Notes: a model not told the origin generated them from the sequence alone. DNA of 64,000 bases from Candidatus Micrarchaeota archaeon (GCA_964652335.1 CAZZDL010000001.1:89216-153215), one strand, 5' to 3'; positions 46,811 to 58,118 are shown, counted from the first letter of the stretch. Made by a program: numbers and translations.

Positions 46811-47833
46811 ATGAGAATTCTAAGCCAAGATTATCCTAGTGTGAAACTAGTCCCAGAGACTCCAGAGGACCTTTGGTATTTAGAAAAGGTTATAGACCCA
46901 GGGGATATTGTTGAGGGTATTAGCTTTAGAAGATTTAAGGCAGAGACGTCCTCAGAGAAGAAAAAGATATTTGTTAAACTAAAAGTGGAGAAGGTTTCCC
47001 TCCAAAAACACGCAAATACTCTTAGGGTTCTCGGGATCATCATAGAGGGTAGGCCTGAAGAATTCGTGAGCTTAGGCTCTCATCATACGTTGGATATTTC
47101 CCTTGGTCATTCAATTAAGTTAACAAAGAGTAGATGGTTGGACTACCATAAAAAAATGCTGGAAAAAGCTGTTGCGTCTAGCAAACGCCCAAAGCTAGTG
47201 CTAGTGGCTTTGGACGATGAGCAGGCAACTATCGCTGTCTTATCGGAAACTGGATTGGACATAAAGGCTGAAATAGAAAGAAAAGGTGGGGGGAAACAGT
47301 ACCCTGATGAAAGCATAATGAAAAAATATTTCCATGAGGTATGCAAGAAACTTTCAGAATTTGATGTTCCTAGCATTCTCCTAGGTGGACCCGGTTTTAC
47401 TAAGGAGAATATCTATGCATTCTGTCAGGAGAGTTATCCAGAGCTTGCAAAGAAGATAATCCTAGCAGATGTTAGGTCTCCTGGCAGAGCTGGCATTCAG
47501 GAAATGTTATCAAGACCAGAACTTCTTGGGTTGCTTAAGGAGAACAGAATAGCATATGAAACAGGCTTAGTAAACAAGCTTCTTGAAGAAGTATCAAAGG
47601 GAGGTCTAGCTGTGTACGGGTTGGATCAGGTAAAAGAGGCCTTGGAATTCGGGGCTGTGGAGGAGCTTTTGATCCCAGAGAGTTTTTTCTTAAACAATAG
47701 GGATGCATGCGAGGAACTGATGGAGAAGGCAGAAAATGTAAGGGCAAAGATCCATGTGATATCAGAAGATCACGACGCAGGAAAGCAGCTTAAAGCAATA
47801 GGCGTATCAGCCATATTGAGATTTAAGATATAA
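46811..47833 (+). CDS. pelA: Pelota (Dom34 homologue), mRNA surveillance and ribosome rescue
   Basis: 340 aa eRF1-like fold without a GGQ motif; typical N-terminus MRILSQDYPSVKLVPETPEDLWYL. Confidence 0.8.
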   Translation: MRILSQDYPSVKLVPETPEDLWYLEKVIDPGDIVEGISFRRFKAETSSEKKKIFVKLKVEKVSLQKHANTLRVLGIIIEGRPEEFVSLGSHHTLDISLGHSIKLTKSRWLDYHKKMLEKAVASSKRPKLVLVALDDEQATIAVLSETGLDIKAEIERKGGGKQYPDESIMKKYFHEVCKKLSEFDVPSILLGGPGFTKENIYAFCQESYPELAKKIILADVRSPGRAGIQEMLSRPELLGLLKENRIAYETGLVNKLLEEVSKGGLAVYGLDQVKEALEFGAVEELLIPESFFLNNRDACEELMEKAENVRAKIHVISEDHDAGKQLKAIGVSAILRFKI

Positions 47834-48425
47834 CATCAAATACCCGTCTAAATTCTTTTTCAAATCTTTTCCATGCTTTATCATTCTTGTCTATTTTCTC
47901 ATTCGCTTCCTTGACTAGCACTCTCCCATAGTCTTCAGTTATGACGAAATTCTCACTTTTTACTGGAACCTCCATTCTCTGTGTTCCTTCCAACTCTATT
48001 TGGAATCTATCCTTGCTAATCGCGAATATCCCCCCTCTCTTGATCCCAGCTTTGTTTTTTACTTCTAGAAGTTTTTTCACAGCTTCCATATCCTTCGCTG
48101 ATATATGAATTATAAGGGGCTCCATCTTAAACCATATAGATTTACCATTTGCCTTTTTGAGTGCATCCCAGAATTCTTCAAAGCTTATTTTTCTGTGCCA
48201 TTTAGCTAGAAATTTGGAATCCTTTTTTAGACCAGTGGGTATATCCATCAGAACAATTCTTCCATAACATGAACTTGACGTCGCAAGACTAGGAACGGAG
48301 TTTATGAGATCCAGATATGGAACCACTTCCCAATCTACTGTCCCGTCTGATTTAGCTTTTTCCAAACCTTTCATCAGTCTAGACTTAGTAGTTTCCCAGG
48401 TCAATGTTAACACCCAGTCTTTCAA
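47823..48425 (-). CDS. hypothetical protein, possibly a TYW3-like tRNA wyosine methyltransferase
   Basis: 200 aa; SSSCYGRI resembles the TYW3 signature; tentative. Confidence 0.4.
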   Translation of the reverse strand: MKDWVLTLTWETTKSRLMKGLEKAKSDGTVDWEVVPYLDLINSVPSLATSSSCYGRIVLMDIPTGLKKDSKFLAKWHRKISFEEFWDALKKANGKSIWFKMEPLIIHISAKDMEAVKKLLEVKNKAGIKRGGIFAISKDRFQIELEGTQRMEVPVKSENFVITEDYGRVLVKEANEKIDKNDKAWKRFEKEFRRVFDVIS

Positions 48426-49104
48426 ACGTTATCTTCGCTTTCTCAAACGTATTACATTCAACCACAACGTATTTGGGTTTACATACAGATATTAGAGTCT
48501 TTGTTATGTCAACCCCTAGAAGGCCATCACCTATCGCATTATGCTCATCCTTGCTTCCATGATTATCATGGATATGCATAACTAATACTCTATCTGATAT
48601 TCCAGATTCCCTAACAGCATCAACAACTCTCCATGGGGCTTTGTAGGCATACAAGGCATGACCTATGTCCAATGTTATGTTCAATCCAAATTCCTCTGCA
48701 GCTATCTCTAAGTCGGGTAGTCTGTATAAATAGTGTTTTGCATTATTTTCCAATGCTAGATTTTCTCCTTCTAGTATATTCATTATCTCCACAAGGTCTG
48801 ACCTTGAATACGCATGAAAGTTTACATAGAGAGCATCAACTTCCTTCGCTAGTTCATTTGTAACTAACATAAAATGCCTAAAGAAGCTGGAATAGGGCTC
48901 CCTTGCGAATTGATCCTTTATGTAAGCATTCGGGGCGTGAATACCAATAGTCCCCTTTACTGCCGTAATCTCTTTCATCTTAGTTATAAGCTTTGACCAG
49001 TTTAGATTGTATTCAATAAAGTCAAGACCAGTAGCCTTCAGGAATTGAGGGTATTCTTCCTCCATTACATGATGGAGGACCTTTGACGAAACCCCCCACA
49101 TCAT
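48385..49104 (-). CDS. xylose isomerase-like TIM-barrel protein (sugar phosphate isomerase/epimerase or AP-endonuclease 2 family)
   Basis: metal-binding His/Asp/Glu pattern (HAP...VNFH...DIGH...HIHDN) typical of the family. Confidence 0.55.
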   Translation of the reverse strand: MMWGVSSKVLHHVMEEEYPQFLKATGLDFIEYNLNWSKLITKMKEITAVKGTIGIHAPNAYIKDQFAREPYSSFFRHFMLVTNELAKEVDALYVNFHAYSRSDLVEIMNILEGENLALENNAKHYLYRLPDLEIAAEEFGLNITLDIGHALYAYKAPWRVVDAVRESGISDRVLVMHIHDNHGSKDEHNAIGDGLLGVDITKTLISVCKPKYVVVECNTFEKAKITFERLGVNIDLGNY

Positions 49105-49108
49105 ATTA

Positions 49109-50074
49109 TCACTTCTTTTTTATCAAGGATAAACCAGCCAATAATGCTTCCAACTGTAGCCTTTCATTAGCTCCTTCTGTTACTCTGAAATTTACTTCCC
49201 CTATCTTGTCTATTATTTCCAATTTTGCATGATCATCCATATTCATATCAAGGACTTCTCTATGCACTTGAATTAGTACGTCCTCGGCTGATAATCCATA
49301 TTCATACAGAAGTTTGTCTAGTTGCTTTCTAGCCTCTAGGAACTTCCCTTTTATTGCTAGGTCTATCATCTTCCTAGCTTCTTCTGGTTTTGCTCTAGAT
49401 GCAACTTTGTAGACCGCATCCTCATCTATTTTTTTGCTAGTTATGGCTGCCACTTGCAGTATGTTTATGGCCTTTCTCATGTCACCCTCGCTTACATAGA
49501 CTATTGCTTTGTATCCATCCTTTGTGACATGCAGTTTTTCTTTCTTAGCTATGAATTCCAGCCTGCGTATTATGTCCTTGTCGTCCAGGGGCTTGAATCT
49601 GAATAATGCACATCTAGATTGGATTGGTTCTATTATTTTGCTAGAATAGTTACAGGATAGTATGAATCTACAAGTCCCAGCAAATTTTTCCATTGTTCTT
49701 CTCAAAGCTTGTTGTGCGTCTCTTGTCAAAGCATCTGCCTCATCTAGGAATATTATCTTAAAAGGAACATCTCCGTACGGCAACGTAGCAGCAAAGTCTT
49801 TTATCTTTCCTCTTATTATGTCTATTCCCCTTTCATCGCTTGCATTCAACTCTAGAAAGTTTCTTGATATATCTTCCCCGTATAATTCATGTGCCAGGGC
49901 TAATGCTGAGGCGGTTTTGCCAACACCTGCCCTTCCAGCAAATAGCATTGAAGGCATGTTTTTGGCTTTTACATAAGCTTTTAATCGCTTTGTTATCTCT
50001 TCCTGCCCGACCACTTCGTCAAGCTTTTTCGGTCTGTATTTCTCAACCCATGGTAACTCTAGCTCCATTTGCAA
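49109..50074 (-). CDS. rfcS: replication factor C small subunit
   Basis: PWVEKYRPKKLDEVVGQEE, Walker A GRAGVGKT, DEAD, SRC motif (PIQSRC). Confidence 0.85.
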   Translation of the reverse strand: MQMELELPWVEKYRPKKLDEVVGQEEITKRLKAYVKAKNMPSMLFAGRAGVGKTASALALAHELYGEDISRNFLELNASDERGIDIIRGKIKDFAATLPYGDVPFKIIFLDEADALTRDAQQALRRTMEKFAGTCRFILSCNYSSKIIEPIQSRCALFRFKPLDDKDIIRRLEFIAKKEKLHVTKDGYKAIVYVSEGDMRKAINILQVAAITSKKIDEDAVYKVASRAKPEEARKMIDLAIKGKFLEARKQLDKLLYEYGLSAEDVLIQVHREVLDMNMDDHAKLEIIDKIGEVNFRVTEGANERLQLEALLAGLSLIKKK

Positions 50075-50143
50075 CCCTCCTAGTGCTAACTATTTATAAT
50101 AGCCATTCATATTAATAATTACGTTCCAGTTGGAGGTGTCGTC

Positions 50144-50491
50144 ATGGCGAAGAAGACCAATCCAAGAAAGAGGATAATCGTCACAACAACAGAGGAAGTT
50201 CCAGGATACAAAATTCATGACTACCTTGGTCTAGTCTGGGGGACAAGTGTTAGGGCAAAGTTTATAGGACATGACATACTAGCCATATTCAAGACATTGA
50301 TAGGTGGGGAAGTTGAACCATACACAAGAATGGCTAACGAGGCTAGGATGAGAGTGATAAAGAAGATAGTTGCCAATGCCAAAGCTCTAGATGCTGATGC
50401 GGTTATTGGATTGAGGATGCAGACTGCTCAAATAATACCTGGGACCATTGAGATATTAGCTTATGGGACTGCAGTAAAACTAAAGAAGTGA
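50144..50491 (+). CDS. YbjQ/UPF0145 family protein
   Basis: IIVTTTEEVPGYKIHDYLGLV...DADAVIGLRM...AYGTAVKL pattern. Confidence 0.7.
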   Translation: MAKKTNPRKRIIVTTTEEVPGYKIHDYLGLVWGTSVRAKFIGHDILAIFKTLIGGEVEPYTRMANEARMRVIKKIVANAKALDADAVIGLRMQTAQIIPGTIEILAYGTAVKLKK

Positions 50492-50850
50492 TTCAAATGT
50501 GCGATTTGACTGATTTAATATTGGGAGTAATAGGACTTGGGATTATTATTGGGATGTCCTATCTTATTGCATGGGATTTACCCTGGCTAATGATATTCAT
50601 AGGTTTATACTTGGTTGGGATAGTTATTGCGTGGTCATGGAGAGAATGGGTGGGTTATCCAGATTGGTGGATACTACCCATTGAGTTCTTTGGTTTGTTG
50701 ATTGGTTTTGCGATTACGTTATCTTTCAACTTTAATCCATTAACAAATGCTTGGTATTCTATCCCATACGCTCCACCACTAGTCATTCTAGTGATTTGTG
50801 TTATGGTTGGAAGCGCGGTTTATTTCATTAGAAATTTAGTAAAGCATTAA
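50488..50850 (+). CDS. small membrane protein (4 TM)
   Basis: hydrophobicity; ATGA overlap with the ybjQ-like gene. Confidence 0.4.
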   Translation: MIQMCDLTDLILGVIGLGIIIGMSYLIAWDLPWLMIFIGLYLVGIVIAWSWREWVGYPDWWILPIEFFGLLIGFAITLSFNFNPLTNAWYSIPYAPPLVILVICVMVGSAVYFIRNLVKH

Positions 50851-50874
50851 TTGTTCCATACACCAAAATAGTCC

Positions 50875-52140
50875 ATGCGTTTTTATTGGGAGAGCTATGG
50901 ATGTGCAGCTAGCACCGCAGACATGGAGAGGATACTTGGGATAGTCAAGGGACTAGGCCACTCTGAAACAAGAAACCCTGAGGATGCAGATTTTATAATA
51001 CTAAATACATGTGCTGTCAAGCTGACCACCGAAAATAGGATGATAACGAGGTTTAAGCGTTTGGCTGATTACGGAAAGCCTATTGTAGTCACAGGATGTT
51101 TACCAAGGATGAACTTTGATAGGTTTAAGAGGGAGTGCACTGGATTCGCAGCCGCTATGGATCCGTCTACAATTGATAGGATAGGGGAAGTGATCAGAAG
51201 GGTGCTATCAGGTGAAAGGGAGATAGTTGTCTTCGGAGACAAGTGGAGGTTTGATCTGCCTTGCCAAGACTTGCATCCGGTAATCCATATAGTCCCAATT
51301 AGTAATGGTTGCCTAGGTAATTGTGCATTTTGTGGAGTGAAGAACGTGAGGGGAAAACTTCAATCAGTTGAACCAGAGCTCATAATTTCAGATATAAAAA
51401 GAGCGTTGGTAGCTGGGAAGAAGGAGATATGGTTGACTTCGCAGGATAATGGAGTTTATGGCTGGGACATAGGAACAGATCTAAATGAGTTATTAGAAAT
51501 GATAGTTAAGATAGATGCAAAATTCAGACTGAGAATAGGAATGATGAACCCTCATGGAGCGAAGTCTCTTTTACCAGATATCCTTGAGTATTATTCTGAT
51601 CCTAGAATATACAGTTTTGCCCACATACCTGTCCAGAGTGGGAGTGATAGGGTTCTGAGAGCGATGAAGAGACAGCATACAGTCAAGGACTTTATTGATG
51701 TCGTGAATGAGCTGAGGGAGATAGATGATATGGCGATTTCAACTGACGTAATTGTAGGATTCCCAGGAGAAACTGAGGAGGATTTCGGGATGACAGTTAG
51801 TCTTATAGAAGAGACAAGGCCTGATATTGTGAATATTTCAAAGTTTTACCCAAGACCAAATACAGAGGCAGCGAAGATGAAAAAGGTTAAAACACAGGTG
51901 ATCTCTGACAGAACGAGGAGGCTGGCCAAGCTTGTAGATGAGATATCTTTAGAAAGAAACAAACGCATGGTAGGAAGGGAGTTCGAGGCTTTGGTAAGTG
52001 ATAGAGGAAGAAGAGCAAATTTGATTGCTAGAGCTCCAAATTACAAGCAGGTCATAGTTAGCGGGGTTGAGCTTGGTGACTTCTGCACGGTTAGAGTAGT
52101 ATCTGCTAGCAAGCATTCCCTTTTTGGTGAGGTAAAGTAA
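50875..52140 (+). CDS. radical SAM tRNA methylthiotransferase (MiaB/MtaB family)
   Basis: MTTase N-terminal Cys triad (YGCAAS...NTCAV...TGC), CLGNCAFC radical SAM cluster, C-terminal TRAM. Confidence 0.8.
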   Translation: MRFYWESYGCAASTADMERILGIVKGLGHSETRNPEDADFIILNTCAVKLTTENRMITRFKRLADYGKPIVVTGCLPRMNFDRFKRECTGFAAAMDPSTIDRIGEVIRRVLSGEREIVVFGDKWRFDLPCQDLHPVIHIVPISNGCLGNCAFCGVKNVRGKLQSVEPELIISDIKRALVAGKKEIWLTSQDNGVYGWDIGTDLNELLEMIVKIDAKFRLRIGMMNPHGAKSLLPDILEYYSDPRIYSFAHIPVQSGSDRVLRAMKRQHTVKDFIDVVNELREIDDMAISTDVIVGFPGETEEDFGMTVSLIEETRPDIVNISKFYPRPNTEAAKMKKVKTQVISDRTRRLAKLVDEISLERNKRMVGREFEALVSDRGRRANLIARAPNYKQVIVSGVELGDFCTVRVVSASKHSLFGEVK

Positions 52141-52172
52141 ACGTTTTTAACATCTAGACTCATAACATAATT

Positions 52173-52928
52173 ATGAATGTATCGTCCATCATGAAGGAAT
52201 CTATTGAAACCTATGAGGAAATGGTAGAGTTAGTTATCCCGCTTGGCCTTTTGGTCTTGCTTGTTTCTAGTTTTCTGATGCTCGGTGCTACGTATATTAG
52301 CGCAGGTGCCGGTTTTGTTAGATACCAGGACATTGTGACTATGAATCCAATTAGTATAATCTTGTTCATTGCCATTTCCCTTGTCGGCTTGTTTGCATTT
52401 TCCTTCCTTTCAGTCGGCGTTACTGCATTAGTCAAGTTTAAGAGAACCATGGACGAGCTATCATTTTTCAAACTAGCTAATAGAGCTTTGAAGTACTCGT
52501 TGAGGGTGTTTGTGGCTTGGTTTTCTCTTAGTGCGGTTTCATTCGTAATAGGATACGTTTTCAAGTCGTTTGAGGTTCCTGATATATTATTAGCTCTCGT
52601 CCTTGTCCTGCTTTGGTGGGGGGTGATATTTCTTCCTCAGACCATTGTTTTGGATGACTCTAGGCTGTTAGAGGGGATAGCGTCTAGCATAAGGTACTCG
52701 TTGAAGAATCCAGTTCAACTTTTGGTTTATTATTTCATTGGTTTTGTGATGATATTCTCTCTTACTGTTCTTGAGGTCCTCTTGGAGGCTATTCCAGCCT
52801 TTTACTGGATTGCTCCATTCATATCTTCTTTGTTCCTTTTCCTCTTCGTTGTCCCATTCCTTGAAATAATCAAATGCCAGTATTACATATCCACAAAGTA
52901 TAAGATAACCAAGGCAGGATTGACATGA
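52173..52928 (+). CDS. integral membrane protein (about 6 TM)
   Basis: hydrophobicity only. Confidence 0.4.
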   Translation: MNVSSIMKESIETYEEMVELVIPLGLLVLLVSSFLMLGATYISAGAGFVRYQDIVTMNPISIILFIAISLVGLFAFSFLSVGVTALVKFKRTMDELSFFKLANRALKYSLRVFVAWFSLSAVSFVIGYVFKSFEVPDILLALVLVLLWWGVIFLPQTIVLDDSRLLEGIASSIRYSLKNPVQLLVYYFIGFVMIFSLTVLEVLLEAIPAFYWIAPFISSLFLFLFVVPFLEIIKCQYYISTKYKITKAGLT

Positions 52929-54517
52929 AGTTTATTGTTGTAACTGGGGGGGTTTTCTCTGCTCTGGGAAAAGGAATAGTGACGTCTAGTGTTGGCAAGC
53001 TTCTCCAGGCAAGAGGGTTTAATGTTGTGCCAGTGAAGTTTGATGGATATCTAAACGTTGACGCTGGGACAATGAATCCATTCAGACATGGAGAAGTATT
53101 TGTTCTTGATGATGGGACAGAGTGTGATATGGATCTTGGGAATTATGAAAGGTTTCTTGGCTCAAACCTTAATTGGTGGAATAATCCCACCGGAGGGAAG
53201 ATATTTTCCAGAGTTCTAGAAAAGGAAAGGAAGGGAGAGTATCTAGGTAGAGACGTCCAGTTTATACCTCATGTAACGGATGAGATAAAGGCTTGGATAA
53301 GGAAGGTAGGAAATGATGGTAGGGCAGATATTGTGCTTGTGGAAGTTGGAGGAACTGTTGGAGATATAGAGAATAGCTATTTCATTGAGGCTATGAGACA
53401 GCTGAAGATGGAAGCTAGAAAAGACCTGATCTTTATTCACTTAACCTATGTCCCTAAGCCACCAAGTGTTGGAGAGCAGAAAACAAAACCAACTCAGCAT
53501 TCAGTTAGGCAGTTGCTTGGTATGGGTATCTGGCCAGACTTTATAATTGCTAGGAGTGAAGACCCATTATCTGAGGATGCCAGAAGGAAAATAGCGTTGT
53601 ACTGTAATGTTCCAGAGGAAAATGTTATATCAGATTACAACGTGGAAACGATATACGAAGTTCCCTTCCTACTTGAGGAGCAGGGCTTAGCCAGTAAGAT
53701 TCTTGCCAAGTTGGGGCTACAGGACAATAAGCCGAAGTTAAACGAATGGAGTAGATTAGTACATAGTATAAAGAATCCAGATACCGAAGTGGAGATAGCT
53801 ATAGTTGGAAAATACACAGCAGTCAGGGATGCGTACGCTAGCATTACAGAAGCATTGGTGCATTCTGGGGCATGGGAGAAGGCGAGGATTAAGGTCAGAT
53901 GGGTAGAGGCAAGAGATTTTGATTCAGAGGGAATAGCAGAGGCTTTGTCTGGAGTAGACGGGATAGTGGTCCCAGGTGGGTTTGGTTCAAGTGGAGCAGA
54001 GGGAAAGATTAAAGCCATAAAATATGCAAGGGAGAATAAGATACCATTTTTAGGTTTGTGTTATGGGTTTCAATTAGCTGTAATAGAGTTCGCAAGAGAT
54101 GTTTGCGGTATGGATAAAGCTAACTCCACAGAGATAGATCCGGAGACTCCCTATCCTGTTATTGATATAATGCCTGAGCAGAAGAAAATAGATAAGAAGG
54201 GTGGGACAATGCGACTTGGGGCGTATCCAGCCAAGCTAGCTCCAGGAAGCTTAGTTCAACGGTTGTATGGTAGTGAAATGGTTAGTGAGAGACATAGACA
54301 TAGATATGAAGTGAATCCAGATTATATTGAAGTGCTAGAGAAACATGGGTTGGTGTTCTCTGGTAGATCCCCTGATGGGAAGCTAATGGAGTTTTTGGAA
54401 CTTCCAGATCATCCATATTTTGTTGCAACTCAAGCTCATCCAGAGCTTAAGTCTAGGCTTGAAAAACCTGCACCTTTGTTCCTTGGATTGGTTAGAGCTA
54501 GTTTGGGGAGACTCTAG
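52925..54517 (+). CDS. pyrG: CTP synthase
   Basis: N-terminus [17 protein letters not shown]; GATase triad context GLCYGFQ and HPE. Confidence 0.9.
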   Translation: MKFIVVTGGVFSALGKGIVTSSVGKLLQARGFNVVPVKFDGYLNVDAGTMNPFRHGEVFVLDDGTECDMDLGNYERFLGSNLNWWNNPTGGKIFSRVLEKERKGEYLGRDVQFIPHVTDEIKAWIRKVGNDGRADIVLVEVGGTVGDIENSYFIEAMRQLKMEARKDLIFIHLTYVPKPPSVGEQKTKPTQHSVRQLLGMGIWPDFIIARSEDPLSEDARRKIALYCNVPEENVISDYNVETIYEVPFLLEEQGLASKILAKLGLQDNKPKLNEWSRLVHSIKNPDTEVEIAIVGKYTAVRDAYASITEALVHSGAWEKARIKVRWVEARDFDSEGIAEALSGVDGIVVPGGFGSSGAEGKIKAIKYARENKIPFLGLCYGFQLAVIEFARDVCGMDKANSTEIDPETPYPVIDIMPEQKKIDKKGGTMRLGAYPAKLAPGSLVQRLYGSEMVSERHRHRYEVNPDYIEVLEKHGLVFSGRSPDGKLMEFLELPDHPYFVATQAHPELKSRLEKPAPLFLGLVRASLGRL

Positions 54518-54560
54518 GTTTTGGCATGGAATTTTAAATAAGGAATATCATAACTTTTTG

Positions 54561-56606
54561 ATGCGATTGATAATAGCTGAGAAGGACAAAGCAGCCAGGA
54601 GGATAGCTGAGATACTTGATAAAAAATTCAAAACCTTGAAAGAGGGCAGGGTAAATGTTTACGAGATAAACCTAAACGGGGAAGAAACATTTGTCATACC
54701 ACTGGCTGGACACATAGTTGACGTTGATTTTGATAAGGATTTCTCTTCTTGGAAAGGCACAAATTTGTATGATATAATAGACTCTGGATTTGTTTATAAA
54801 CCGAGCAGGAAAGACATTGCTCGGCTGTTAAAAGAGTATGGAAAGCTGGCTGATAGGGTAACAGTGGCGACAGACTTTGACAGGGAGGGAGAAGCCATAG
54901 GGAGAGAGGCAGTGAACATAATCAGAGAGGTAAATCCAAACATAATAGTGGACAGGGCTAGGTTCTCTGCAATAACAAAGGACGAGATAATAAACGCGTT
55001 CAAAGAGGAAAACCTTCATGAGCTTGACGAGAGTTTGGCTGACTCAGCTGATGCTAGGAGAGAAATAGATCTTTCATGGGGTGCAGTCTTGACGAGATTT
55101 ATATCCCTTGCTTCTGGGATGCTTGGAAAGAATTTCCTCTCAGTAGGTAGGGTGCAAACCCCCACGTTAGCACTCATAGTTAACAGGGAAAGAGAGATAC
55201 AAAAATTTATCCCAGAGAAATTTTGGGTAATTGAAGCGTTAGTTGAAAAGGAAAAACAGTTCAAAGCAACACACAAAGAAGAAAAATTCAAAGATAAGAA
55301 AAAGGCAGAGGAAGTGATTAGCAAGATTAACTCAGCTAGGGAAGGATTGGTACGCTCTGTGACAATGCGAAAAAGGAAGCAGTCTAGACCAATACCATTT
55401 AATACGAATGAATTCCTGAGGGCTGCAGCTTCTCTTGGTATATCTCCTTCAAGAGCAATGCAGATAGCAGAGAATCTCTACATGTCAGGTTATATCTCTT
55501 ATCCTAGAACAGATAATACAGTTTATCCAAGTTCTATAAATCTAAAGGGGTTAGTCAAAAAATTCTTGAGATCAGATTTCAAGGAAGAAGCAGAGAAACT
55601 TTTGCAGGGGAAACTTGTGCCTAGCAAAGGAAAAACGAAAACAACGGATCATCCACCTATTCATCCTACAGATATTGCGAAGAAGTCAAAGCTAGATTCT
55701 CAGTCATGGAAGATATATGAGTTGGTGGTTAGAAGGTTTTTTGCCACTCTAGCTGAAGATGCTGAAATAGCTGGAACAAAGGTTGAGATAGATATAGAGG
55801 GAGAACCGTTCATAGCTAGAGGACAGACAATAGTGAAAAAAGGCTGGCTAGAATTTTACCCATATTCAAAGGTTAAGGAAGAGGAACTGCCAAAACTGAA
55901 GAAAGGGGATGTAGTTACAGTATTGTCTGTTGAAATGCTTGAGAAAGAGACTCAACCACCAAACAGGTACACTCCTGCTTCGTTGCTGAAGGAGATGGAA
56001 AAACTAGGGCTAGGTACAAAGTCAACGAGGCCAACGATTATACAGAAGCTTTTAGACAGGGGATACATCATAGGTAGAAAAAACTATCAGCCATCCAGCA
56101 TAGCATTTAGAGTTATAGAAAGCCTGGAGAAACATGCTAGGCATATAACATTACCAGACATGACTGCATTACTAGAGAAAGAGATGGAAAGAATAGCAGA
56201 AGGCAAGAGAAAGAAGGATAAGGTTGTGAACGAGTCAAAGGAGCTACTTAGGAAGGAACTGAAGGCCTTAGAAGAGAACAAGGAGAGCATAGGCGAGGAG
56301 ATAAAGAAAGGAGCAAGGGCGGATAGAATGAAGGCTAGACTGATAGGGAAGTGCAAATGTGGTGGAGATCTAGTTATCAGACGATCAAGGAAGACAGGGA
56401 AGAGATTTGTGGCTTGTACAAATTATCCAGAATGCAGAGAGATATATCCTCTTCCACAAAAAGGCAAGATAGTTCCTCTCGGCAAGAAATGCCCAAAATG
56501 TGGTGCGCCAATGATAAAAGTTATAACAAAGAGAGGGAGCTATGAAATGTGCTTGAATCCAGACTGCGAGACCAAGAAGGGGTGGAAGAATGCCAACAAA
56601 GGTTGA
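54561..56606 (+). CDS. topA: DNA topoisomerase IA (archaeal TopA/Topo III) with two C-terminal Zn-ribbons; start moved to the internal Met MRLIIAEK
   Basis: Toprim MRLIIAEKDKAARRIAEIL...ATDFDREGEAIG, active-site region YISYPRTDN, C-terminal CxxC pairs. Confidence 0.8.
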   Translation: MRLIIAEKDKAARRIAEILDKKFKTLKEGRVNVYEINLNGEETFVIPLAGHIVDVDFDKDFSSWKGTNLYDIIDSGFVYKPSRKDIARLLKEYGKLADRVTVATDFDREGEAIGREAVNIIREVNPNIIVDRARFSAITKDEIINAFKEENLHELDESLADSADARREIDLSWGAVLTRFISLASGMLGKNFLSVGRVQTPTLALIVNREREIQKFIPEKFWVIEALVEKEKQFKATHKEEKFKDKKKAEEVISKINSAREGLVRSVTMRKRKQSRPIPFNTNEFLRAAASLGISPSRAMQIAENLYMSGYISYPRTDNTVYPSSINLKGLVKKFLRSDFKEEAEKLLQGKLVPSKGKTKTTDHPPIHPTDIAKKSKLDSQSWKIYELVVRRFFATLAEDAEIAGTKVEIDIEGEPFIARGQTIVKKGWLEFYPYSKVKEEELPKLKKGDVVTVLSVEMLEKETQPPNRYTPASLLKEMEKLGLGTKSTRPTIIQKLLDRGYIIGRKNYQPSSIAFRVIESLEKHARHITLPDMTALLEKEMERIAEGKRKKDKVVNESKELLRKELKALEENKESIGEEIKKGARADRMKARLIGKCKCGGDLVIRRSRKTGKRFVACTNYPECREIYPLPQKGKIVPLGKKCPKCGAPMIKVITKRGSYEMCLNPDCETKKGWKNANKG

Positions 56607-57387
56607 AATAGATCTGAGGAAAAGTATTCCTGAGAATGCAGCTCATTATTACGAAATGGCAAAAAAGGCAAAAAGGAAGATACCGAGATTGATAGAGGAG
56701 ATAGAAAGGACAAAGCGGTTGATAGAAGAACAAGAGAAAGAATTGGAAAAGAAACCAAAGAAGAGGAGAGAAAAGGATTGGTACGAAAAGTTCCATTGGT
56801 TTTTCACATCTGATGGTTTTCTCGTGTTAGGTGGAAAGGATGCACGTTCAAATCAAAAATTAGTTAGAAATTATCTTGAGGATAGGGATTTGTTTTTCCA
56901 TGCGGACATAAAAGGAGCGTCTGCGGTTATCCTAAAGTCTGGTGGTAAAACTATCAGCGACGAGGCAAAGAAGGAAGCAGCCAGGTTTGCATCTGCTTTT
57001 TCAAAGGCATTTTCCCTTGGGTTGAGAGCAGTGGATGTTTACTGTGTTAAGCCAGATCAAGTGAAACTGGCTGCCAAGTCAGGAGAGTTTCTGCCAAAGG
57101 GAGGTTTTGTAATTTTGGGCGAAAGGGAATGGTTTAAGGATGTCCCAGTGGAGATAGCTGTTTCATATGATAAGGAAAAGCAGAGGATAGTGTCTGGTCC
57201 AGCTGAGGCAATGAAGAGATACGGTAATTATATTCTTGTTGTCCCAGGTGAAAAGGACAAAGGAGACGTAGCCAAGGCAATAAAAAATAAGATAGACGAA
57301 TGGTTTTCAGTTGATTCATCTATAGATGAGATACTGGCTGCACTCCCAGCTGGAAAGGCTAGACTAATCCTGCCCCAACAATCCTGA
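56590..57387 (+). CDS. NFACT-R / DUF814 domain protein (FbpA/Tae2 C-terminal-like)
   Basis: GFLVLGGKDARSNQKLVRNYLEDRDLFFHADIKGASAVIL. Confidence 0.6.
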   Translation: MPTKVEIDLRKSIPENAAHYYEMAKKAKRKIPRLIEEIERTKRLIEEQEKELEKKPKKRREKDWYEKFHWFFTSDGFLVLGGKDARSNQKLVRNYLEDRDLFFHADIKGASAVILKSGGKTISDEAKKEAARFASAFSKAFSLGLRAVDVYCVKPDQVKLAAKSGEFLPKGGFVILGEREWFKDVPVEIAVSYDKEKQRIVSGPAEAMKRYGNYILVVPGEKDKGDVAKAIKNKIDEWFSVDSSIDEILAALPAGKARLILPQQS

Positions 57388-58024
57388 ACCTTGCAATTCC
57401 TTCTTTTCTAAATGGATGTTTTACTAGCTTAGCAATCCTTGTATCTCCCTTTCTTGATAACTCTACCCTAACCTTTGCATTATAGCCCAATACCTCTTTA
57501 GCTAATGGCTCATATTTGCCTTTGAAATCTGAATAGATTTGATTTGTCACCAGCACGGCTGCGTTTTTTTCTCTAGCATGCCAAGCTAGCATGGCCAGCT
57601 GCCTTGCAAGTGTTTGGTTAACTGGAAACGGATCCAGTCTATCTAGCTCCAGTCTGTAATGGTATGTTATTGGATCAGCTACTATTAGTGAGAATTCCTT
57701 CCCGGCTATGCTATTTATCATTTCTCCTTGTTCCGCAAGGCTCTTGGGCTCTAGCAGGATTGTATTCTCAAGGACCTTGGAGAATGATTCTTCAGCAATT
57801 TGGGAAACCCTTTCAAAATGAAATGATCCCTCTGGATCAATGTAAGCTACTTTGCCACCTGCCTTTATCGCATTAACCGTAGCCTGAATAGCGATATTTG
57901 ATTTTCCAACCCCAGGAGGCCCGTAGAATTCAGTTATGACTCCAGTGGGTATGCCACCGCCCAATAGGGAATCTACAGAACATCCAAGAGGAATAGCTCT
58001 TCTTCCTAAGATGGATTTTTCCAT
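57359..58024 (-). CDS. radB: RadB recombinase (RecA/RadA paralogue)
   Basis: 221 aa; Walker A GPPGVGKS; RecA-fold. Confidence 0.75.
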   Translation of the reverse strand: MEKSILGRRAIPLGCSVDSLLGGGIPTGVITEFYGPPGVGKSNIAIQATVNAIKAGGKVAYIDPEGSFHFERVSQIAEESFSKVLENTILLEPKSLAEQGEMINSIAGKEFSLIVADPITYHYRLELDRLDPFPVNQTLARQLAMLAWHAREKNAAVLVTNQIYSDFKGKYEPLAKEVLGYNAKVRVELSRKGDTRIAKLVKHPFRKEGIARFRIVGAGLV

Positions 58025-58118
58025 GCTAGTTTTCTAGTTTTGGTGTCTAATAAGTCTTTGCGTCCTAATAAGTTTTATATCCTTGTTCGGTAATAAGATT
58101 TTACTTAGGGTGGTGAGC

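Noticed and set aside
54420-54560. N-terminal 47 residues of the track ORF for topoisomerase IA
   Set aside because: They overlap the 3' end of pyrG. The Toprim domain begins right after the internal Met (MRLIIAEKDKAARR), which is the likely true start at 54561.
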